A DNA stretch of 63,813 nt, the filler included, from Welwitschia mirabilis (taxonomy: Eukaryota), in NCBI GenBank assembly GCA_051453625.1. It is 6 parts of one record of this genome, joined end to end, with 100 filler letters (N's around TTAATTAATTAA, not from the genome) between each part and the next. Parts side by side here need not be neighbours in the genome. Positions count along the whole stretch, not along the records: positions 26,220 to 50,219 come from JBOZIK010000001.1; positions 50,320 to 52,697 come from JBOZIK010000001.1; positions 52,798 to 61,594 come from JBOZIK010000001.1; 3 more parts are not named here. One strand, 5' to 3'. The translations under genes and the position numbers were made by a program. The notes under the pieces were generated by a model that saw nothing but the letters and a program-made list of their open reading frames with translations, searched no databases and was not told where the DNA came from. Every line of letters begins with the position of its first letter. The stretch's first letter is position 1. Of this stretch, positions 50,021-61,694 are shown one piece after another.

Positions 50021-52697
50021 TATTGCGACGCCAACTTAGATGTATTTGATAGGGTATTTTTAGTTATTTTGTAGATAAACTAATAGATAATTGTCTAGTT
50101 CCTATGACAATCGAGAATCCAGAAACATAAGACGAAAAATGTAGTTTATTAGATAATTCATAAGTATTTCATATAGATATGGATAAATTATATTTCCAGA
50201 TAATTATTCCTGCAAACAANNNNNNNNNNNNNNNNNNNNNNNNNNNNNNNNNNNNNNNNNNNNTTAATTAATTAANNNNNNNNNNNNNNNNNNNNNNNNN
50301 NNNNNNNNNNNNNNNNNNNTAGTTTAGATGCATCATTGTTTATTTTCTTAGATGAGTTTTGCATTATTATTTCAATGTCCATGCATTGCAATTTATTTCA
50401 ATAGAATAGAGTTACACATTTCTTTTTGGAAATCAACTCTTTATTGTCCATAATATTAGCCTTTGACAGAATTATGACATTCGGATTACTTCGTCTATAC
50501 TAGCGTGCTATATTTGTGCATCTTATTGTAATTAACAGGATTTAAATTAATACTTAAAACATTGCACAAATTCGCACCGCAACAAATTGGCGTTATTGTC
50601 AGGAAGGCTGCTTTGAAATCGAGAGTTGTCATTACTTCAGTAGATATTCTGGATGTTTGTTGTAGCATCGGTATACCAATACTCTGTAAGTAGTTTATTT
50701 TAGTTTTTAACTTTTTACTAACCACTGACATCTCCTTCATCATCCAGACATCACAGTCAGACAATAGTAACCTTTTTTGCTTTCCCTCGTTCTGTGATTT
50801 TTCTGTGTTTTTGCCTCTATCGTCTCAGGTACTGTCTGGACGACATACGGGATGACGCATAGGATAGCACTGAAACTGAATGGTTAATATTGAAAAAAGT
50901 AAAAAATACTAGAGAGAGCGATAATTCATTGTAGAAAATATCCGAGAAGGTTTGCTAAATTTTGAAACTAAAAATAGCCCAGGTACGCAAACTTTAGAAT
51001 TTCCTAAAATTTCTAATTCTAATTTTGCAAAAGAATTTTATTTTAATTTTGTAAAATTTAATACCATGTCAACCTCTCATCAAAAATAACCTATCTCACC
51101 AAATCCACCACCTGTCATTGGAACTATTACTCCTACTCCTCTTCAACTAAACACTCATGCGAATCTGAGAGATTTCACAGAAAATAAAAGACTTGAAATC
51201 TAAAATCCCTTTAACTTACCTCCTAGTAATAATGTAGAACTGAAAAACCTGAACGCTTATCCTACCTTTAGAGGAGAACCTGATGAAGACCCCCTATAAC
51301 ACAACATAGAAATTGAATAACTCATCCTTACATTCGGCAATGGTAAGCAATGCATAACTAATAGAACTTACATGATCATCTTTCCTATGACTTTGCTAGA
51401 TAAGGCTAAACTTTAGCTTAGGACAATTCCTCACAAAAGCCTAAAATCTTGGAACCAAGTTCAAGAGGCATTTCTCAAGAGATTTATGAATGAAACCACC
51501 ATCTAGAAATATAAGAAAGAAATTACAAACTTCTAATAACTACCTAACGAAGACTATACTTCTGCTTATGAAAGATTCTTTGTAGCTTTACACTCAAACC
51601 CAGTAGATGCCTTTCCAGAGGTANNNNNNNNNNNNNNNNNNNNNNNNNNNNNNNNNNNNNNNNNNNNNNNNNNNNNNNNNNNNNNNNNNNNNNNNNNNNN
51701 NNNNNNNNNNNNNNNNNNNNNNNNNNNNNNNNNNNNNNNNNNNNNNNNNNNNNNNNNNNNNNNNNNNNNNNNNNNNNNNNNNNNNNNNNNNNNNNNNNNN
51801 NNNNNNNNNNNNNNNNNNNNNNNNNNNNNNNNNNNNNNNNNNNNNNNNNNNNNNNNNNNNNNNNNNNNNNNNNNNNNNNNNNNNNNNNNNNNNNNNNNNN
51901 NNNNNNNNNNNNNNNNNNNNNNNNNNNNNNNNNNNNNNNNNNNNNNNNNNNNNNNNNNNNNNNNNNNNNNNNNNNNNNNNNNNNNNNNNNNNNNNNNNNN
52001 NNNNNNNNNNNNNNNNNNNNNNNNNNNNNNNNNNNNNNNNNNNNNNNNNNNNNNNNNNNNNNNNNNNNNNNNNNNNNNNNNNNNNNNNNNNNNNNNNNNN
52101 NNNNNNNNNNNNNNNNNNNNNNNNNNNNNNNNNNNNNNNNNNNNNNNNNNNNNNNNNNNNNNNNNNNNNNNNNNNNNNNNNNNNNNNNNNNNNNNNNNNN
52201 NNNNNNNNNNNNNNNNNNNNNNNNNNNNNNNNNNNNNNNNNNNNNNNNNNNNNNNNNNNNNNNNNNNNNNNNNNNNNNNNNNNNNNNNNNNNNNNNNNNN
52301 NNNNNNNNNNNNNNNNNNNNNNNNNNNNNNNNNNNNNNNNNNNNNNNNNNNNNNNNNNNNNNNNNNNNNNNNNNNNNNNNNNNNNNNNNNNNNNNNNNNN
52401 NNNNNNNNNNNNNNNNNNNNNNATAAGGTAGTGATAAGGAGTGGAACTAATACAACTCCCAATAATCATGAGCTTCAACTTCCCACAATAATAAGAACAA
52501 GGAGGAAGAAGACATAGAAATTTTAGAAAATCATTCCTTCCCTCCTGCACTTAGTAATAAAAAGAAAAATTCATCACAAAAGAAAACCACTATCCCATGG
52601 CTTAATAGGCTTAATGAAAACCCTGTCTTTAATAATCATCTAAAAGCCTTGATGCAAGATGTGAGTATTAATTTACCCTTCTAAAAACCTTTGCATG
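50021..52697 (+). mobile_element. 5' part of a subfamily A Athila element (LTR 50021-50584, PBS, gag)
   Basis: TATTGCGACGCC...CACCGCAACA. PBS TGGCGTTATTGTCAGGAA at 50588-50605. Gag at 51066-51623. Gag-protease linker at 52423-52697. A linker gap inside the LTR means the two LTR halves may come from different copies. Confidence 0.85.
51066..51623 (+). pseudogene. gag: Athila gag (retrotransposon gag domain), single frame with premature stops
   Basis: NLRDFTE...YPTFRGEPDEDPL*H...IFPMTLLDKAKL*LRTIPHKSLKSWNQVQEAFLKRF...EITNF**LPNEDYTSAYERF. Confidence 0.9.
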
Positions 52698-52797
52698 NNN
52701 NNNNNNNNNNNNNNNNNNNNNNNNNNNNNNNNNNNNNNNNNTTAATTAATTAANNNNNNNNNNNNNNNNNNNNNNNNNNNNNNNNNNNNNNNNNNNN

Positions 52798-54001
52798 TTT
52801 AGTTTACATATAAAAATAATGGAATTAAGAAAGTTCATATAAAAATAGAAAACAGTAAGTAAAGAATAAAAAAACAAAAAAGCACAAACTACCAATTTGA
52901 TACACACAGGATTTATAGTGGTTCTAAAACTCTCCTACTCCACTCTCGATAATTAACTTCTCTTAGGCTTGATCTCAAATCTCTGTTACTCCATAAGTTT
53001 TGCTAGGTTTACCTATAACCTTTACAAGAGGACTTTTATATGTTAAGTTTCAACCTCAACAATGGACTTTTGTAGGCTAAGTCTCAACATCTGGAAGCAA
53101 TGGATGTAATGCGATGATGTTTTGATTGCTTAGATATCACACATTTGATAGTAGTATAATGAATGGAGATCTTCTCTAATAAATCATAGTGCTAATGCAC
53201 TTAGATTTAATTTTGAGTGAAGCTCTTTTGCCAAAGATAGATCTCCTTAATTAGATGTAAAGTAATACCATAATATGCCAATGAAAATACAACTTAATCT
53301 TTTAGATCCATAATGCTTATGCCAAATAAGAATAGTTCTAAAAAGATCATTAGGTCATTTATTACTTATCTATTTATAATGGAAGAATATTAGGATTTAT
53401 TACAAATGAATTACACCTCTAATAGCTATAAAAAATTAAAAAATGGCTAGGTAATAACTAGAAAATAGTTACATAACTTTTACATAAATTTATTTTCTAT
53501 GTCATCTAGTCTATAGTACCGTGAATTACATAGGTCACCCAAGAGAAGACTTTGGTTGCCCTAGGTTTTTACATCTCCAAGTCCAGTCGACCTCATTTGG
53601 ATCCAGTGGAAACCAGTCTAGTTAATCCCATCTTGGATCTGGTTGATCCCTTATCTCTCGGTTTGAAACTACTGTTTGTTAAGTTCTCAAATCTGGTCGA
53701 CCCCTTACCATTCAGTCTAGGGACACTGATTCTTTAGGTTATAGATTTGATTGACCTCATAAGAATGTGGTGGATCCCTCTGGATTTAGTTCATTTCTTT
53801 GTGAGTATTTTAGGTGAATTTAACCCCTTTAAGATCTTATCAACCCCTTCTGAAGGTTAACATAACTCAGTAGTTTTTATGCTACATTTTGGTATAATTC
53901 TTTTACTTACAAAACTCAATCTCATCTGCACATAAGATATAATATTTTTACACTACATAAAAGAAATTAGTTTGTCATCAATTGGCAAATATAATCTAAT
54001 A
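52798..54001 (-). repeat. Sirevirus LTR (minus strand), inserted into a plus-strand Sirevirus LTR
   Basis: Homologous to 16195-17228 and to the reverse complement of 57187-58300. Ends GTCATCAATTGGCAAATATAATCTAATA. Confidence 0.85.
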
Positions 54002-57000
54002 ATAGTGTCCCTGAACTAGATGATAAGGGATTAATTAGAAATTTATGGGTTGACTAAATTTAAAAACTTAATCATCAGTATCCCTAGACTGAATGATAAG
54101 GAGTTAACTGGATCTATGATGGGGTTGACTAGAACTATAAACTAAGGAATAGTACTTCTAAACTAATTATCAAGAAGTCAACTAGACACTTGAAGTGGTT
54201 GACTATCCTTGAGCACTATGTAGCTAATACTCCTATGCCTAGCATCATGAGGTCAACTAGACATCTAAAGGGGTTGATCATACCTGATGCTAGAAATTAG
54301 AAAGGTCTTTATCAGGATAAGAGAGCAACTAGATTTTATAGTGGATGACTAGACTAGGATTAACTAGGCCTAGATGAAATCGATCAGACATGAAGCAATA
54401 AGAAATTAGGGTAACTAGAATTTGCACTTAGGCAAACTATTTAATTCATAGCACCAAATGGGGTCGACTATACTTTTGAGGGGTCGACTTTAATTCATAG
54501 CACCAAATGGGGTCGACTATACTTTTGAGGGGTCGACCAGACATAATGAAACTAAAATTTTCTATCAATTTTGTATCCATTATGTATTTATTAGATAGTT
54601 ATTTTCTAACCATTTATAGCTATTCAAGATGCATTTTCAAATGTAATAAATTCTAAAAACCTTGTAATATAAATAGCCAAGAGATAGATGATTAAAAAAT
54701 CTTTTAGAATCTTTTTCAGTCTTGTTAATCTTTTAAATCTAAGGAACTAGCACTGTAATCTTGTAATATTAACTATTAAGTTTTGGCATTTGTACTCTTG
54801 ATCAATGAAGATATTTTGTCTGTATTATATCTATATTCAAGGTCAAATCTAATTATTTATCTATTGTACATCTATAGTATAAGAGCTTCATTAAATCCAC
54901 TGTATCAAGAACAAGTTATATTTATGCATTAAGGCATTCTTATCATAACTACTACATCCTCTAAAGGTTGATCCTAAGCCTGCAAAAGTTTGTTTATGAA
55001 GATGACAAGTGAATCTACAATACCTAGAAGACTTAACAAAGATTTGGATAATACTTGGAGATAAGTTAATCATTAAGAGTGGAGTAGGAGGTTGCCTAAA
55101 CCACTATAAAACCCTGTGTGCATATCTATTTTGTATTTTATTCTTTCAGTTAGTTCTTTTATTTACTTCTGTTAGCTTTTCTTTCCATATACATTTTAAA
55201 CTAGTGAATTCTTTTATACAAGTTTTTGATATATCTTTGATTCATTTAAAATACATTATTTTAATTTTTAAAACCTATTCACCTCCCTCTAGGATTCTCA
55301 ATCCTATCATTTGGTATTAGAGTAGGTGAAGTATTTTCTTATATTTTAATCAATCTAGACTTTAAAACCTTACAATGAGTATTTCTTTTGATGACTTTTC
55401 AAATATGCCCTTTCTAGACACTTGTACTTTTATTTGTATATTTTGGATGGCATGTGGATATATTTTCAAATAGATTGGAAATAATGGAAATGCTTAGGAG
55501 TCAAGTCAAAGTGATAAATGAATAGCTCAAAAATCTGACAAAATATTGAGACTATTCTTTATGGTACTTGTGTCTCCTTTAAAAAATGTGCTCAATACAT
55601 TAGAACATGATGACTTTGATTAATTGATAAAGAACAAGATAAGATGAAAGATACCTATTAAGAGCTATACCAAAAATGTAAAAAGTTAGCTAAAAGGATA
55701 AAATATCTACATAAGATTGTAAAATCTCTCATCAAGAAAAAGAAGGAAATGGAATCAAGTTTCAAAGAATCAAATTAGAAAACTGCATCCCCATCCTATA
55801 GGTAAAATAGTTATCTCATTTTATTAATAAAATTTTTGATGGATCTACTAAATTGGAACAAATGCTTAAATTTTAGAAACCTATTAGTGATAAGTCAAGA
55901 ATTGAGTTCATCTCTCAAAAACCTCGAAGGCAGCAAAACCAAATAACATGTGATAGTAAGCTCTTTTCAAAAGTTACTTATCATTTCTATGAAAAAAATG
56001 TTCGTTCAAAACTTTTGTGCAATTCTATAAAATTAATGTTATTTTCAAATTTAATTAGTACTTTTTATTTTAAATTTATTCTTAAAATATGTATACCATG
56101 TAAGTATAAAATGACTATGTGGATTAAAGCTAATGATCTTAAAAGTCTTTTAATTCATATAGTTTTCAAAGTATTAAATAGCACTAGCTGGTATCTAGAT
56201 AGTGGGTATTCGATGCATATGATAGGAGATAAATCCAAATTTAAGCAACTAAGTAACTTTAATCAAGGAGATGTGACTTTTGGTGACAATGAAAGAGAAA
56301 AAATAGAAGGCATTGGAAGCATTAGTGGAGGTAACCTTCTTATAATTAATAAATTTTTGTATATAATCAGTTTAAAGCATAATTTATTAAGTATCAATAA
56401 AATTTGTGACAAAGGTTACAAGGTAGTCTTTGATAAATCAAAATGTGAAATTTTGCACAGGAAATAAAATGATGTAATTCTTAGAGCAAGTAGAATAAAT
56501 AACATATATAGCATAGATCAATCATTTTCTCCATGTTATTTTTTAAATATTCCTCAAGAAGAACTTTGGAATAAACGATTAGGTCATGTTAATTATGATT
56601 AGTTAAAAATGATTTTTCATAAAAACATTATAAAAGATATACCTAAGATAAATGTAGAAAAATAAGGCTTATGTGATGCATGCCAAAAGGAAAAACAAAT
56701 TAGGACTTTACATGAAATCAAAAACTAAATGTCCACATCTATGCCATTAGAGCTTATTCATATGGATCTAGTAGGCCCCATTTAAACTCGAATTCTAGGA
56801 GAAAAATGTTATTTTCTTACTATGATTGACGATTTCTCTATATATACCTAGGTAGCCTTAGCTTATTCATATGGATCTAGTAGGCCCCATTTAAACTTGA
56901 AGTCTAGGTGAAAAATGTTATTTTCTCACTATGATTGATGATTTCTCTAGATATACCTGGGTAGCCTTCTTGTTAAACAAGTTTGAAGCTTACAAATATT

Positions 57001-57186
57001 GGGTTGAGATATGAAGTAAGATTTAAAACAAAAATGGGTATCCCATAAAGAAAATAAGAAGTGATTATGGTGGTGAATTTGAAAATCATTTTTTAAGAAG
57101 TATTGTATTAAAAACGGTATTGATCATTAGTTTTTAACTCTAAAAACACCATAACAAAATGGTGTAGCTGAAAGAAAGAATATAAT
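54002..57186 (+). mobile_element. Sirevirus element: 5'-interrupted LTR (54002-55309), PBS, deleted gag, protease, integrase
   Basis: LTR end CCTATTCACCTCCCTCTAGG...CTATCA. PBS TGGTATTAGAGT at 55312-55323. Pol motifs at 56110-57186. Confidence 0.88.
56110..57186 (+). pseudogene. pol: Copia pol: protease, GAG-pre-integrase and integrase core
   Basis: WYLDSGYSMHMIGD, VTFGDN, LWNKRLGHVN...CDACQKEKQ, LELIHMDLVGP, IRSDYGGEFEN and TP*QNGVAERKN. Confidence 0.93.
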
Positions 57187-58470
57187 TATTAGATTATATT
57201 TACTAATTGATGTCAAACTAATTTTTATGGTGTAGTACAAAATATTACATATTATATACAAATGAGATTGAGTTTTATAGGTGAAAGATTTGGGTCTTAC
57301 CTTTAGTGGGATTGACTAGATTCTAAAGGAATTAAGTGCACCTAAAGTAGTCACAAAGAATTGAACTGAACCCAGAGGGGTCGACCAGATTATAAAAGGG
57401 TCGATTAGCCTATGATCTCAAGAACTAATAGTCCCAGACCGAAAGAAAAGGAGTCAACCAGATTTTCATGGGATCGATTGGACCTGAGGAGCTAATAGTC
57501 CATAGTTTTAGACTGAGAAACTAGGGGTCAACCAAGCCTAGAATGGGGTCGACCAGATTTTTATGGGGTCGACTAGATGGTATAAAAAAGCAAAAGATGT
57601 AAACTTTATGTATCCATTGCCTAGATATTACCTAGCCAATTTCTAGCTATTTATAGCCGTTGGAGATGCAATACATTTTGTAATAATCCTAGTAACCCTC
57701 CATTATAAATAGCTAGATAAGAGATGACCTAGAGATCTTTTGGTACTTTTCTAAATTAGCATATTCATTGTGGATCTAAAAGATCAAGTGGTATTTTTCA
57801 TTAGTACATCATTGTATAGATTCATATCTGATTGAGGAGATTCATTTTTAACAAAAGAACTTTACTCAGAATCAGATCTAAGGAGTTCATCTTTATATTC
57901 TATTGGAGAAGAGCTCCATTCATTGTACTGATACTAAATGTGTGATATTAGAGCAACCAAGGCTACATTACATCACTTCCATTTAACTTTAAAGGTTGAG
58001 ACTTAGCCTGTAAAAGTCCCTTTTTAAAGGTTGAGACTTATCCTGCAAAAGTCCATTGATAAGATTGAGACTTAGCTTGCAAAAGTCCACTTATAAGGGT
58101 TATAGATGAACCTGGCAAAACTTATGGAGTAACAGAGATCTAAGATCAAGCTTTGGAGAAGCTGATCATCGAGAGTGGAGTAGGGAATTTCTCGAACCAC
58201 TATAAATACTGCATGCATCTAAACGGGTAGTTTATGTTTTAGTGTCTTTTGCTTTTTTACATTTAGTTTTTCATTTATTATATGTTCATTCTTGATTTTT
58301 TTATTTGTATATGCAAGCAGTGATTAGATTTTTTAAATGCATTTTTGAATTTAAGTTTTTTGAAAGAACCTATTCATCCCCCTTTAGGATTATTGATCCT
58401 ATCATTTGGTATTAGAGTTTAGGTTAGTCTTTGAGAGATTTTTACAGATATAGACTTAAGAACCCTAAAA

Positions 58471-59975
58471 ATGAGTAACCCAACTAATGAATTTTTAACT
58501 GATCGTCCACCTATGTTCAATGGTTTAAACTATGCCTATTGGAAAGTTAGGATGAAAATCTTTTTTTAGATCTCTAGATGCTGAAGTAGAAGAAGTCATT
58601 TAAAAAGATTATACTATGATTATGATAACTCAAATAGATACAAATGGTAATACTATATTGGTTTCCAAATCCAATGACCAATGGACTTTTACAGATAAAA
58701 CAAAAGCCACCATAGATGCTCGTGCTCTTAATGCTATTTGTTGTGTAGTGTGTGTAAATGAAATTAAAAGAATTATGAACTGTAATCATGTAAAAGAAGA
58801 TTGGGATATTTTATAAGTTGCACATAAAGGGCCATTCACTATTAAACAAGAAAAATTGCAAATGCTTATTTCAAGATTTGAAGACGTAGACATGGATGAC
58901 AAAGAAATCTTACATGAATTTTTTGCTAGACTTACAAATATAGTAAACTCAATGGCAAGCCTCAGAGAACGCATGGAATAAAGCAAAGTAGTAAAAAAAG
59001 TATTGAGATCCCTGCCCAAGAGATTTGAATTAAAGGTAACAGCCATCGAAAAAAGCGAAAACATCAGTGCAATGGCATTGGAAGAACTTTAAGGTAAACT
59101 TCAAACCTATGACCTTAAATTTACTAAAGATAGAAGAAAAGATATTACTTTGAAATATGTATAGGAGGATTATAAATCTGACAAATTAGATGAGGAGCTT
59201 GATGATGATGAAGTGGCTCTTCTAGCCTGGCATTTAAAAATATTTTTCTATAGGGAAAAGGAAGGAGAATCAAGCAGGAATCTAAGAAGAAGCAATCCAA
59301 AATTAAGAAAAGAATAAGATAAGGAAAAGAAAATTCAGTTCTATTTATGCAAAGGATTTGGACATATGGCCAATGAATGTTCCAACACTACAAGAGAAAG
59401 CAGAGGCCTAAAAACACTTCTTTCTTAGAAACTTTGGATAATAAAGATGATGAAGATGAAGAAAAATACTCAGATCATGGATCAGATAGAGAAAGGAGGT
59501 TATCTTTAATGACTTTAGTATCATCACTCAAGAATGTACCTAGTACTTTAATGTCAAATGATTTAGATATGATTGATGAAGAGGAAAATGAGTTAGAAGA
59601 AACTTGTTAAGAGTTGTATGAAGAATGTGAGAAGCTCACCAAAAGAATAAATGAGTTAAACAAAATGGTAAAGACCATTATAAAATAAAAGGAGGAAGTA
59701 AAAGAGAAGTGTAAAATACTCAAAGATGATAACTTTAGGTTAATTACCCAGGTAAATGATCTTTCATTCTTTGTAAATAAGTTTTCTAGTAGTTCATCTA
59801 AATTGAAATAGATGCTTATAATAAAAAAAAAATAGAGACAAATCAGATATTGGTTTTGAAGCACAAATATTATGAAAATGGGTAAACTAAATAAGTAAGT
59901 ATGTGTCCAAGATCTTATGCAATTTTTATGATAGATTCAGTTATTCTAAACTATTTTGCAAATTTAGATATATGA
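58471..59975 (+). pseudogene. gag: Copia/Sirevirus gag remnant with zinc knuckle
   Basis: MSNPTNEFLTDRPPMFNGLNYAYWKVRMKIF, KKVLRSLPKRFELKVTAIE and FYLCKGFGHMANEC (decayed CCHC). Confidence 0.92.
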
Positions 59976-60289
59976 TGTTNNNNNNNNNNNNNNNNNNNNN
60001 NNNNNNNNNNNNNNNNNNNNNNNNNNNNNNNNNNNNNNNNNNNNNNNNNNNNNNNNNNNNNNNNNNNNNNNNNNNNNNNAACAAGTATTCCCATAATTAA
60101 TGTAGGTTCTATTAAAAGTAATGAATTTCTAGTAAAAGAAGGCACATTGAAAAATCACAAATTACTTAAAGACCATCATTTAGAATCTATTATTGAAGAA
60201 GCTAACTCAAAATTAAAGAAAAGAAGATCTAAGAAAATTTTATGTGCTCATATTTGTTATGTTTCAAAAATAGCACTAAAGAAATTTTA

Positions 60290-61077
60290 AGAAGCAAAAA
60301 TTCATGAGGAATGGATGATGGCAATGCAAGATGAGTTACTATAGTTCAAAAGAAATGATGTTTGGAATCTAGTAGAAAGGCCAAAAGATAAAAATATCAT
60401 TTAAACTAAGTGGATTTTTAAAAACAAATGTACTAAATAAAACAATGTCATTAAACACAAGGCAATATTAGTAGCATAAGGCTATAATCAAATAGAAGGT
60501 ATTGATGTAGGTGATACTTTTGCTTTTGTTGCAAGGGTAGATAGCATTAGAATATTTTTGTCTTTTATAGCTTTTAAAAATTTCAAAGTTTATCAAATGA
60601 ATATGAAGAATGCCTTTCTAAATGATAATTTAAATGAAGAAGTCTATGTAAAGCAACCACAAGGTTTTATTGATCCTCATAAAATGGATCATGTGTATAG
60701 ACTTAAGAAGACTTTATATGGATTAAAACAAGCTTCAAGAGCTTGGTATGAGAAGCTAGCCATCTTTTTAAATAAAAATGGATATATTCATAGTGCTGTA
60801 GACAAAACCTTATTTATAAATAACTTGAAAAAATATTTTATTATTATACAGATTTATGAAAATGATATTATCTTTGGTGCCTCAAATAAAATGTTATCAA
60901 AATAATTTGCAAATATTATGACAAATCAATTTGAAATGAGTATGTTTGGTGAAGTAAAAATGTTTCTTGGACTATAAATCAATCAATATAAAGATAGAAT
61001 ATTTATTTATCAATTCAAATATGAGAGAGATTTAATTAAATACTTTGGATTAGAAAATACAAAAACAACTAACACGC
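60290..61077 (+). pseudogene. pol: Copia reverse transcriptase remnant
   Basis: WMMAMQDEL, VYQMNMKNAFLND, VYRLKKTLYGLKQASRAWYE, IQIYENDIIFG (YVDD equivalent) and FEMSMFGE. Confidence 0.93.
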
Positions 61078-61594
61078 TATTGTGTTATCAACTTATGTAT
61101 ATTTGATAGGGTATTCTTAGTTGATTTATAGGTAAATAGATAGGTAAAATCTTAGTTTTCATCATAATGGATAGCTAAGATGAATAAATTATAAGCATTT
61201 TGAGTAAATATGAATAATCTATATTTCTAATGATAACTTCCTGTAAACAACAAGGCTAATGCACTGATTGAAGATTTATTGAAGACCATTATCCACCTCA
61301 TCTTCTAAACAAGAGGATAGATAATTATGCCAACTAGATGCTAACTAAGATCTTACTAGTAACTAATATGAATTTAATCATGAGATTGCATCATCTCCTT
61401 TATCATCTAGACAATTAGCTGGATGATACTGTTGTAATTTTCACACTAACTGATTCATTTAACTTTTACCACTTATATTTTATTTACTTTTTGCATAGCT
61501 ATTAAATTTACACATGCCTTTTTGTCTATACCATTTCATGTTTTGAGTCAATAAATAGAGGTCTCTTTCTCAACTCCTTCTTTGCTTTATTTAC
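61078..61594 (+). mobile_element. Athila LTR (5' part) inserted in Copia RT
   Basis: TATTGTGTTATCAACTTATG... is colinear with 3507-4050. Ends at a linker gap. Confidence 0.85.
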
Positions 61595-61694
61595 NNNNNN
61601 NNNNNNNNNNNNNNNNNNNNNNNNNNNNNNNNNNNNNNTTAATTAATTAANNNNNNNNNNNNNNNNNNNNNNNNNNNNNNNNNNNNNNNNNNNN

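Larger units (their letters stand above)
57187..61077 (+). mobile_element. Sirevirus element nested in the integrase of the previous copy (5' LTR 57187-58404, PBS, gag, gap, RT)
   Basis: LTR TATTAGATT...CCTATTCATCCCCCTTTAGG...CTATCA. PBS TGGTATTAGAGT at 58407-58418. The gag-RT link crosses a 100-N gap of unknown true size. Confidence 0.85.

Noticed and set aside
824..55320. Short hydrophobic F/L/I-rich ORFs (e.g. 824-1030, 21940-22188, 30202-30567, 33320-33550, 39748-40101, 55009-55320) as membrane peptides
   Set aside because: They are by-products of T-rich non-coding TE sequence. The frames are not preserved between paralogous copies.
12751..58090. ~37-bp tandem repeats in Sirevirus LTRs (12751-12860, 16360-16460, 53027-53090, 57994-58090) and spaced GTCGAC motifs as a CRISPR-like array
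   Set aside because: They are degenerate internal LTR repeats in a plant genome, with no constant repeat/unique spacer structure and no cas genes.
6830..60145. Long ORF-track entries composed mostly of X
   Set aside because: These are artefacts of N runs that lack stop codons.
13883..61650. Recurrent palindromic TTAATTAATTAA
   Set aside because: It is always centred in N blocks, so it is an artificial contig/scaffold linker and not biological.
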